DNA from: Myxococcota bacterium
Lineage (GTDB): Bacteria; Myxococcota_A; UBA9160; JAFDDA01
Length of the DNA: 64,000 nucleotides
Reading direction: 5' to 3'
Assembly: GCA_965228475.1 (NCBI GenBank)
Contig: OZ245817.1
Span: forward strand, 384,001 to 448,000
A program made the translations under genes and the position numbers. How positions within the stretch are numbered: the first letter of the stretch is position 1; every line of letters starts with the position of its first letter. Of this stretch, positions 1-8,400 are shown piece by piece. The notes beneath the pieces were generated by a model. The model was not told the DNA's origin. It worked only from the letters and a program-made list of their open reading frames with translations, and ran no database searches.

Positions 1-1
1 C

Positions 2-427
2 TCCGCCCGTGCCGAGGGCGCGCGTCTCGTCTGCGGGGGCGACCGCCCGAAGCAGCCCGAGCAGGGCTGGTACGTCGCGCCGACGCTCTTCGCCGACGTC
101 CACAACGGGATGCGCATCGCCCGGGAAGAAGTGTTCGGCCCGGTCCTCGTGGCCATCCCCTACGACGACGACGCGGACGCCGTCCGCATCGCCAACGATT
201 CGGACTTCGGCCTCGGCGGCGGCGTCTGGGGCGAAGACGCGGAGCGGGCCGCGGCCCTGGCCAAGCAGATCCGCACCGGCTCGGTGACCGTGAACAACGG
301 CGTGCTGCTCGACTTCAAGAGCCCCTTCGGCGGCTTCAAGAAGTCGGGCATCGGCCGTGAGCTCGGGCCCGAGGGCGTCGGTGCCTACACCGAGTATCAG
401 ACCGTGATCTACGCGCCGGGCACGTAG
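2..427 (+). CDS. Aldehyde dehydrogenase, C-terminal part (5' truncated by window edge)
   Basis: Frame open from base 2: GARLVCGG...GWYVAPTLF...MRIAREEVFGPV, ANDSDFGLGG and PFGGFKKSGIGRELG are hallmark ALDH C-terminal motifs. Confidence 0.95.
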   Translation, partial: SARAEGARLVCGGDRPKQPEQGWYVAPTLFADVHNGMRIAREEVFGPVLVAIPYDDDADAVRIANDSDFGLGGGVWGEDAERAAALAKQIRTGSVTVNNGVLLDFKSPFGGFKKSGIGRELGPEGVGAYTEYQTVIYAPGT

Positions 428-459
428 GCGCGAAACACCGGATCGAGGAGGGGAGAATC

Positions 460-1377
460 GTGACGGATCAGAAGATCGCCGTGGTGACGGGCGCGAACGT
501 CGGGCTCGGGTACGAGACCAGCCTGGCGCTCGCGCGCGAGGGGTACAGGGTCGTGATGGCCTGCCGGAGTGCGGAGAAGGCACGCCAGGCGAGCGAGCAG
601 ATCCGCAAGGCCGTTCCCGCGGCCGACCTCGACGCCATCCCCCTCGACCTGATCGATCGCGGGAGCATTTCGCAGTTCGCCAAGGCCTTCTCCGAGCGCT
701 ACGCGAAGCTCGATGCGCTCGTGAACAACGCGGGGGTGATGGGTCCGCCGCGCACGATCACGCAGAACGACGTCGAGCTGCAGTTCGACGCCAACCACCT
801 CGGCCACTTCTACCTGACGTCGCTGCTGATGGACCGGCTCGAGGCGGCCGGCGACGCCCGGATCGTGAACGTCTCGAGCCTCGCCGCGAAGTACCCCAAG
901 GCGGACATCTTCTTCGACAACCTGAACTTCGAGGGGAACTACGAGGAAGGGTTCGACTTCATGGGCCTGCCCGGCATGCTCGCCTACTCGCAGAGCAAGC
1001 TCGCCAACGTCCTGTTCACGATGGAGCTCAACGACCGCCTGGCGGCTGCCGGCAAGGACATCCGTGCGATCGCGGCGCACCCCGGGGCCTCCAACACCGA
1101 TCTCTCGCGGAACATGAGCTGGTACATCCGGCTCCTCGCCCCGATCCTGGTGCGCTTCATGGACATCTCGAAGCCCGAGGAAGGCGCGCAATCGCTCGTG
1201 TACGCGGCCATCTCTCCGGACGCGAAGGCCGGCGACTTCATCGGGCCGACGGGGAAGGGCGAGGCCATCGGGCCTCCCGGGCACTGCGAGCTTCCCACCC
1301 AGGCCCACGACAAGGAACTCTGCCGCAGGCCCTGGGAGCTGTCTGAGCGGATGCTCGGGATCGAGTTCGCGATCTGA
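460..1377 (+). CDS. Short-chain dehydrogenase/reductase (retinol dehydrogenase/WWOX-like)
   Basis: TGANVGLG Rossmann motif, NNAGVM, NHLGHF, YSQSK catalytic YxxxK; GAGGAGGGG RBS before GTG. Confidence 0.93.
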   Translation: MTDQKIAVVTGANVGLGYETSLALAREGYRVVMACRSAEKARQASEQIRKAVPAADLDAIPLDLIDRGSISQFAKAFSERYAKLDALVNNAGVMGPPRTITQNDVELQFDANHLGHFYLTSLLMDRLEAAGDARIVNVSSLAAKYPKADIFFDNLNFEGNYEEGFDFMGLPGMLAYSQSKLANVLFTMELNDRLAAAGKDIRAIAAHPGASNTDLSRNMSWYIRLLAPILVRFMDISKPEEGAQSLVYAAISPDAKAGDFIGPTGKGEAIGPPGHCELPTQAHDKELCRRPWELSERMLGIEFAI

Positions 1378-1397
1378 GGCGGCTCCCCGACGGGTAG

Positions 1398-1437
1398 GTG
1401 CATTCCGTGGAATGTGTTAACATTCCTTGGAATGCAC
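1398..1437. promoter_or_regulatory. Tandem palindromic operator (2x CATTCC-NN-GGAATG), probable MarR site, overlapping an extended -10 (TG-t-TAACAT, 1415-1423)
   Basis: Boxes at 1401-1414 and 1421-1434, 20 bp apart; the whole 40-mer is a near-perfect inverted repeat upstream of an operon containing a MarR gene. Confidence 0.8.
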
Positions 1438-1449
1438 TGAGGAGTCCCC

Positions 1450-1914
1450 ATGAGCCCCCTTCGGCCCGCCCTCTTCGCCCTTCCTCTACTTCTTCTCTCC
1501 GCCGCCTGCGGCCCGATCGGACCGCTGGCCGGCGGCTCCCTCGGCGGGCCCGTCGCGCCGGCGCCGGGCGATTGGCAGGCCGTCGCCGAGGTGGAGCAGA
1601 TCCAGCTCGAATCCCGGCCGGAGGACCCCCACTCGGTGAACACCTGGTGCGGCGTCGTCGACGGCGCGCTCTACGTGCCGAGTTCGCTGATCATGGGCCC
1701 GGACGATCCGGCCGAGCGCGGCTGGGTGCGCAACGTCGTGGCGGATCCGCGGGTGCGGCTGCGCATCGACGGCACGGTCTACGAGCTGCGCGCCGTGCGG
1801 GTCGAAGAGGAGGGCGAGCGGGAGCGCGTGCGCAGCGCGCTGATGGCCAAGTACGAGGTCGAGCCCGACGCACACTCCGCGGCAGCCTGGATCTTCCGCA
1901 TGGAGCCGCGCTAG
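1450..1914 (+). CDS. Lipoprotein, DUF2255 / split-barrel flavin-binding-like
   Basis: Lipobox LLSAAC; HSVNTW...DGALYV...WVRNVVADPRVRLRIDG pattern; GAGGAG RBS. Confidence 0.7.
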   Translation: MSPLRPALFALPLLLLSAACGPIGPLAGGSLGGPVAPAPGDWQAVAEVEQIQLESRPEDPHSVNTWCGVVDGALYVPSSLIMGPDDPAERGWVRNVVADPRVRLRIDGTVYELRAVRVEEEGERERVRSALMAKYEVEPDAHSAAAWIFRMEPR

Positions 1915-2409
1915 TTGCGCCCGAAGCGCCCGAAAGAGGAGCAGATCATCGTCTGGTGCGGCGTCGTCACCCAGCTCGTGCGGACGCGCTCGAACCGCAT
2001 CCTGAAGGACGCGGAGCTGCCCTATCCGCTCTTCATCCTGCTCCGCCACTTCTGCCACGATCCGGACCGGGAGTGGACCGTCACCCAGCTCGCCGCGGCC
2101 TTCGAGACGAAGCAGCCGGGCATGACGAAGAAGGTCAAGCGGCTGCTCGACCTCGGCTACCTCGCCGCGCGGCCCGACGACGAGGACAAGCGGGTCCGCT
2201 GGCTGCGCGTCACGCCGCGAGGCGTTCGCCTGCGCGACGCCATGACGAACCGTCTCGCGCCGGACCAGGCCGGATACTTCGAAGGCTGGAAGCGTTCCGA
2301 GGTCACCGAGCTGCATCGTCACCTCGAGCGGCTCAAGACCTGGCTCGACGATCACCGGGACGACATCGTGCTCCCGGACACCCCGCGCCCGAGAAGGAGA
2401 ACCCCGTGA
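1915..2409 (+). CDS. MarR family transcriptional regulator
   Basis: wHTH pattern TVTQLAAAF...MTKKVKRLLDLGYL...DEDKRVRWLRVTPRG; TTG start directly after the upstream stop. Confidence 0.9.
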   Translation: MRPKRPKEEQIIVWCGVVTQLVRTRSNRILKDAELPYPLFILLRHFCHDPDREWTVTQLAAAFETKQPGMTKKVKRLLDLGYLAARPDDEDKRVRWLRVTPRGVRLRDAMTNRLAPDQAGYFEGWKRSEVTELHRHLERLKTWLDDHRDDIVLPDTPRPRRRTP

Positions 2410-2816
2410 AGAACCTTCGAACCCTCCCCGCGTGTTTCGCCGCCTTGCTCGGCCTGCTGGCCTCGGGTTGCGGCGGCCCGTTCGCGATCTTTCCCGGCGG
2501 AGCGCTCTCGGGGGAGGTCGTCGTCGAAACGCCCGCAGACTGGTCTCACGTGGAGACGGGCGCCTTTGCGCTCGAGACGCGGCCGAGTGATCCCTACTCG
2601 GTGAACGTGAACGTGATCTCCCGCGGCGGTTCGCTCTACATCGACCCGGCCCCCGAGCGTCGCTGGGCCGAGAACATCGCGGCCGACCCCCGGGTGCGGC
2701 TGCGCGTGGACGGCCGCGTGCATCCCCTGACCGCCACGCGCGTCACGGACGAAGCCGAGCTTGCGGGCTTCGACGCCGGGCGCACGGTCTACCGCCTCGA
2801 TCCGCGGAGCCCCTGA
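2406..2816 (+). CDS. Lipoprotein, paralog of 1450..1914 (DUF2255-like)
   Basis: GTGA overlap with marR stop, AAGGAGA RBS; lipobox LLASGC; PGGALSG, LETRPSDPYSVN, WAENIAADPRVRLRVDG match the upstream paralog. Confidence 0.75.
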   Translation: MKNLRTLPACFAALLGLLASGCGGPFAIFPGGALSGEVVVETPADWSHVETGAFALETRPSDPYSVNVNVISRGGSLYIDPAPERRWAENIAADPRVRLRVDGRVHPLTATRVTDEAELAGFDAGRTVYRLDPRSP

Positions 2817-2825
2817 GCGCGCACT

Positions 2826-2845
2826 TCGCCCATTCGGGGGATGCC
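2826..2845. promoter_or_regulatory. Putative NarL/LuxR response-regulator binding site, copy 1 (TCGCCCATTCGGGGGA-TGCC)
   Basis: Imperfect palindrome of TCCCCC-N4-GGGGGA type; shares 13 identical bp (TTCGGGGGATGCC) with 5430-5442. Confidence 0.65.
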
Positions 2846-2877
2846 TGTCGCGCGCCGCGGCGGGGTACCCTGGGGCC

Positions 2878-3552
2878 ATGACGGACGCGAACGCGCAGCC
2901 GGCCTCGGTCTTCCTGGTCGAAGACGACGAAGCGACGCGTCGGCTCCTGGCCGGTGTGATCGAAGGGCATCCGCTCCTGGAACTCGCGGGCGAGGCGGAT
3001 TCCTGCGCGGCGGCCCTCCCGCAGCTCGAAGAGCGGCCGCCCGACGTCCTGCTGACCGACCTCGGGCTTCCGGACGGCAGCGGCATCGCACTCATCCGCG
3101 CGCTGCGCGGCTGGCGCCAGGATGCCCTGGCGATGGTGATCACCGTGATTGGCGACGAGCAGACGGTGCTCGCGGCGATTGCCGCCGGGGCGAGCGGTTA
3201 CCTCTTGAAGGGCGGGCCGGGCCCGCGCGTGGCCGAGGCGGTGCTCGAGCTCCTCGCGGGCGGGTCCCCGATGACGCCGACCATCGCACGCTCGGTGCTC
3301 CGCCTCGTCCGGGACACGACCGGCGACGACCCGTCGAAGGCCGACGCGCCGAAGCTCACCGAGCGCGAGCACGAGGTCCTCCGCCTCATCGCCAAGGGCT
3401 TCAAGTTCGGCGAGATCGCGAGCATGCTCTCGATCTCGGAGTACACCGTGAAGACCCACGTGCGGCACATCTACCGCAAGCTCGAGGTCGACTCGCGCGG
3501 CTCCGCGGTCTACGAGGCGCTCCAGTGGGGCCTCGTGAAGGCGGGCGACTAG
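2878..3552 (+). CDS. NarL/FixJ-family response regulator (REC + LuxR HTH)
   Basis: LVEDD, DLGLPDGSG, GASGYLLK, LTEREHEVLRLIAKG...TVKTHVRHIYRKL; ATG preceded by TACCCT-N6. Confidence 0.95.
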   Translation: MTDANAQPASVFLVEDDEATRRLLAGVIEGHPLLELAGEADSCAAALPQLEERPPDVLLTDLGLPDGSGIALIRALRGWRQDALAMVITVIGDEQTVLAAIAAGASGYLLKGGPGPRVAEAVLELLAGGSPMTPTIARSVLRLVRDTTGDDPSKADAPKLTEREHEVLRLIAKGFKFGEIASMLSISEYTVKTHVRHIYRKLEVDSRGSAVYEALQWGLVKAGD

Positions 3553-5402
3553 GGCGCTGCCGGACCGCCTCCGGAGGGGATCCACAGCCGGACTTCGGTG
3601 CCCGTCGCGCTGCCCTCGACGTGCAGGCGCCCGCCGAGGGCTCGTGCGCGGGCCCGCATGTGCTCGAGCCCGCGCCCGGAGTGGGAGTCCGCGCCCGGCC
3701 CCGAGCCGTCGTCGCGGATCGAGAGCACCACGCCGCCCTCGCCCTCTTCCGTCGCCACGCGCACCGTGCTCGCCTGCGCGTGCTTCAGCACGTTGGTGAT
3801 CGCCTCTTCGACGATGCGCAGCAGGTGCAGCGAAGCCTCCGGGGAGAGCGGCTGCTCGGGCAGGTCGCCCACCTTCCACTCGAGGGTGAGGGCGTGGCCC
3901 TCGAGCCGCGCGTCGATCCGCTCGCGGATGCCTCCGAGCAGCGCGCCGAGCTCGGCGTCCTCCGGGTCGAGGGATCGGATCAGCAGGCGCATGTCGTCGA
4001 GGGACTCGCGGAGCGTCCGGATCACGCGTTCGCCGTGCTCCGGGCCGGTCTCGAGCAGGGCGAGGCTCGAGACGATCTTGCCGCCCATGCCGTCGTGCAC
4101 CTCGCGGACGATGCGCTCGCGCTCGAGCGAAAGCGCGCGTTCGCGTTCGAGCTGCGAGAGCCGGCCGTAGTTGCGTTCGAGCTCGGCCTGCTTGCTGCGC
4201 ACGCGCTCCTCGAGCTCGGCGTTCAGGCTCTCGGCCAGGTCGTAGGCGCGGATGAAGCGCGCGCCGAGCGTGGTCGCGAAGGCCAGCAGGATGACCGGCC
4301 CGGCGAGGGGGAGCAGGCGCATCGCTTCCATCTCGACCCAGCCGGACTGGATCGCCAGGTCGTGGGCGGCGATTACGACGAACGTGGCTGCCGCCGCCAG
4401 GAACACCGGCAGCTCGCGCTGCTCGAGGAGCCGCCGGTGCCGGCCGATGGCGAACGCTCCATAGCCGACGACCAGCACGTGGGAGAGGCCCGCCCACTGG
4501 ACGAAGTCCGTGAACGCCGCCTCGCGCAGCGTCAGGAAGAGCAGCAGAACGACGGCCCCCCAGGCGAGGAGCGCCGCCTCTACGCGCGGCCGCCGCATCC
4601 CGAGCAGGCGGTGCACCGCGAAGGCGCTCGAAACCGCGCCGATCGCAAAGCTCCCGTGCACGATTCGCTCCCACGTCCAGAACGAAACGGGGACCTCGCG
4701 GACGTGATAGTTGAAGCTGCCGACGACCCACGCCGCCGCGGTGAGGAGGAAGAACCCGTAGAGCGGGTCGCGCCGGGCGGCCAGCCAGATGATCCCGAGG
4801 AAGAGCGAGAGCGCGACGCCGACGCCGCTCGCGAGCTCGGCCAGGGTGACGTGCCAGAAGCGCTGCTGGCGGTGGCTCGGCGCGAGCGCGGCGGCCGGCC
4901 CGATGTACACGGGCTCGAGGCGATCCCACGAGCCGCGGTGCGCGAACAGGGCGACGTCGAGGCGGTTCTCGCCGGCCTCGAGCAGGCCGGCCGAGAACGG
5001 GAAGAAGAGCGGCCGGTTCGAGTTGAGGGTGACCGGCTCCTCCATGCGGCCGCCGTCCCCGACGAAGGCGCCGTTCACGAAGACCGCCGCGTTCGAGGCC
5101 ACGCCGGGGAGGAAGACCGCCCATCGCTCGTCGGGCGTGGCATCGAGGGCGAAACGGAAGCGGTACCAGCCGCGGCCGTGGGCTTCGGGCCGGCTCTCCC
5201 GCCACACGTCGGTCAGGGTCACGGGCTCCCACGCTGCCGTCTCGGGCGGGGGTTTCTCGGCGGGGTCGAGCCGGAACCGGCCGCTCTCGAAGAGGTGCGT
5301 CTGCGAGCCAGGGTCCGGCGTCTCGAGGGCGCAACCGGCAGCCAGCACGCAGGAAACCAGGAGTCCGAGGCTCCATCGGAGGCGCTGCTTGCGGGCCGTC
5401 AT
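3549..5402 (-). CDS. Sensor histidine kinase (periplasmic beta-sandwich + 7TM-DISM-like + HisKA_3/HATPase)
   Basis: Signal/lipobox-like N-terminus, GWYRFRF jelly-roll-like domain, about 7 hydrophobic helices, ERERIVREVHDGMG H-box, EAITNVLKHA, IRDDGSG, GRGLEHMRARA; convergent with the response regulator. Confidence 0.92.
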   Translation of the reverse strand: MTARKQRLRWSLGLLVSCVLAAGCALETPDPGSQTHLFESGRFRLDPAEKPPPETAAWEPVTLTDVWRESRPEAHGRGWYRFRFALDATPDERWAVFLPGVASNAAVFVNGAFVGDGGRMEEPVTLNSNRPLFFPFSAGLLEAGENRLDVALFAHRGSWDRLEPVYIGPAAALAPSHRQQRFWHVTLAELASGVGVALSLFLGIIWLAARRDPLYGFFLLTAAAWVVGSFNYHVREVPVSFWTWERIVHGSFAIGAVSSAFAVHRLLGMRRPRVEAALLAWGAVVLLLFLTLREAAFTDFVQWAGLSHVLVVGYGAFAIGRHRRLLEQRELPVFLAAAATFVVIAAHDLAIQSGWVEMEAMRLLPLAGPVILLAFATTLGARFIRAYDLAESLNAELEERVRSKQAELERNYGRLSQLERERALSLERERIVREVHDGMGGKIVSSLALLETGPEHGERVIRTLRESLDDMRLLIRSLDPEDAELGALLGGIRERIDARLEGHALTLEWKVGDLPEQPLSPEASLHLLRIVEEAITNVLKHAQASTVRVATEEGEGGVVLSIRDDGSGPGADSHSGRGLEHMRARARALGGRLHVEGSATGTEVRLWIPSGGGPAAP

Positions 5403-5422
5403 GGTCCCATCGTACCCGGGCC

Positions 5423-5442
5423 TCCCACTTTCGGGGGATGCC
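5423..5442. promoter_or_regulatory. Putative NarL/LuxR response-regulator binding site, copy 2 (TCCCACTTTCGGGGGA-TGCC)
   Basis: Second copy of the 2826-2845 motif, in the divergent kinase/Rhs intergenic region. Confidence 0.65.
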
Positions 5443-5495
5443 GCTGCGCCCTCGATTCTGGCTGAATCGTCCCAGCGGATTGCGAGGGCTCGCAG

Positions 5496-8400
5496 GTGAT
5501 GCTCCGGCAAGTGCAGCAACGAAGGTCTCCCTGGCAGGGGCCGGCCCTGGCCGTTCTCGCGGCGATGCTGGTCGGCGTCTCGTGCCAGCCCGCGCCCGGG
5601 GACCTCACGGTCGGTACGCCCGAGTGCAAGTCGAAGCCCGGCTCGGTCGTCGTGCTGTGGAAGGCCCCGGCCGGGGCTGCCTCCTACCGCGTCTTGCGCG
5701 GGCCGGCCGATGGCTCCGCGCCCCCCGCGCCGCTCGCCGAAGCCGTGATCCACGGCCCGAAGCCGGCCTACGTCGACGAGAGCGCGCCGGTCGGCGTCGA
5801 GCAGGCCTACGGCGTCGTGGCGCTCGGCGCCGACGGGAGCGCGGGGGCGCCGTCGCCGTACTGCGTCGCGGCTGCGAAGGATCCGGAGGAAGCGCTTCGC
5901 CCGTACTTCGTGACGGAGCCCGTGCTGACGGCGCTCGTCGGCCAGGCCTACCGGTACGATGCGGACGCCGAACACCCCGACCCCGCCGCGCGGCTCACCT
6001 ACTCGCTCTTCATCTCGCCGGAGGACATGGTCATCGACCCGGAGACGGGGGTCGTCGCCTGGACGCCCGGCCCGGAGGACGTCGGCGCGCACCCGGTGAA
6101 GATCCTCGTCGAAGACGAGGCGGGCCGTTCGGCCAAGCAGTTCTACACGCTCGTCGTGAGCGACGGCGGCCCGCCGACGAACCTGCCGCCGGAGATCGTC
6201 TCGGATCCGGTGGGCTCCGCCGTCGCGGGGGAGGCCTACGTCTACCTCGTCGACGCCGAAGACCCGGACGGCGACGTGCTCGCGTTCTCGCTGGAGGTGG
6301 CTCCCGTCGGCATGACCGTCGACCCGGTCTCCGGGCGGATCGACTGGACGCCCACGGACGCGCAGGTCGGGACGGCGAGCGTCCGCGTTCGCGCGACGGA
6401 CCCCGGCGGCCTCTTCGACGCCCAGGACTTCGGCATCATGGTCGCCTCGCCGCCCAACCGCGCGCCCGTGGTCCAGGCGCTGCTCTCCGATGCGGCCCGT
6501 CCCGCGCAGCGGTTCCAGACGTTCTTCGGCGAGGACGTGAACCGCACCGAGGACCCGGCGACGCCCACCGTCGACGACCCGGTCCGCCCCGCGGCGCTTC
6601 CGGCTTCGCAGGCCGCCCGCGACCGCTTCCTGCGGGAGCTCGCCACCGGCGTCGCTGTCGGAACCTTCGAGGATCTCTCGCCCGGCCCGACGCCGAACCT
6701 CCTCGAGATCGGTGAGGAGTCCGTCGCACTGCTCGGCCCGAGCGCGCTCATCGTCGATCGGCCCACCGGGACGAAGGCGGGCCGCTACCCGATCTCCGGC
6801 CGTCGCTTCCTCGAGGGCGAGACCCGCGGGTTCGAGTTCACGGTGCGCTTCGAGGCGCCCGTCGGCGCCTTCGGATTCTTCGCCACCGACGTCGCGGACG
6901 AAGCCAGCATCTCGGGGCAGCTCGTCCTCGACCTGCTCGACGCTGATGGAGGCGTCCGCTCCGTCGAGGTGCCTCACGCTCCGCCCCCCGAGATCGGAAG
7001 CAACAGCGGCAGCGCGCTCTTCTTCGGCGTGATCAGCACGGACCGCCCGATCACGGAGATCACCTTCCGCAACAGCGAGGACGTCGTCGACGCGATCGGC
7101 TTCGACGATCTCGTGATCGCGCGCCCGGACCAGGTGATCTCGGGGCTGCTCGAAGGCGAATCCGTAGCGCTCGCCCCGGCGACCTTCACGGACGCGGAGC
7201 CCGAGCAGACCCACGTGGCGAACGTTTCGTGGGGCGGTGTGCCGGATCCGGGCGCGGTGCTCATCGAGAGCGCCGGCGCGGGCACCGTCGCTTCGCGCCG
7301 CTCCTTCCCGGACGACGCCGACACCTCCGTCGAGGTCTGCGTCACGGACAGCGAAGGCGCCACGGGCTGCGACAGCGCGCCGGTCGAGGTGCAGAACCTG
7401 CCGCCCCGCATCGAGTGCTCGCTCGAGGGCTTCCGGCTGCTCGGAATCCTCGGGGACGGGACGCTGGTCGAGAACGACCCGCTCACCGGTGAACAGACGG
7501 TGCTGGCCGAAACCGGTTTGCCTTCGTGGGGTGGCCTCGACTGGCACCCGCAGCGTGGTGTGCTCTACGGCATCCCCGAACAATCCACCAATCCCCAGCT
7601 CGCCAGACTCGATCCCTTGACGGGAGAAGCCGAGATCATCGGCCCCATCACCCTCGATGGCGTGCAGGTCGGGTTGGCCGAAGGGATCGCCTTCGATCCT
7701 CACTCGGGAGGATTGCTCGCTGCGGTCGGAATCGACCTGCCGCCCAGGGACTTCACGTCGGAACTCCTGGTTTCGCTCGATCCCGACACCGGCGAGGCCA
7801 CGCTCGTCGCGCCCTTCGGCGAAACGAGCGTCCTCACTTCGTCGCAACGCCCGCCCGGAGAGGGGGATGCCGACGACATCGAGTTCATCGGCGCTCAGCT
7901 GATGTTGGCCGACGTCAGCGGTCAGCCGCCCCTGGTCGCCGGGCTCGTGCGCGCTGATCATCGAACCGGGGAAACGGAGATCGTCTTCGAGGGCGAGCCG
8001 AACATCGCCACGCTCGCATACAGCGAAACCACCCAGCAGCTCTTCGCTGCTCAGGCGCTGCCGGAGCCGGCGCTCTACCGGATCGACCCGGCCAGCGGTG
8101 CGGCCACCCTCATCCAGGCGGGGACGGTTCCGGGCGTGCTGGCCGTCGTCCCGCCGCGATCGGTCCCGGTCACGATCGACTTCGATTCGCTGCCCGGCAT
8201 GTTCAACTCCCCCGGGGATCTAGTTCCGGAACCGAGCCGCCTGGGCGACGCCTTTCTCTCGACCCTGGGTGTCTCGTTCCGGTCCGATGCCGACTACGTG
8301 GCGGTGTCGGAGCACGCGCCCTTCCCGACCGTCAGCCCGCCCAACGTGATCGGCGGCGTCACGGCCTCAGGCGAGTTGAGCTACGGCACCCCGATCGAGA

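Noticed and set aside
3549..7961. 1470-aa minus-strand ORF as one giant kinase
   Set aside because: Only 3549-5402 is kinase-like; the rest is the antisense shadow of the Rhs gene, and a TACGAT-N6-ATG start exists at 5402
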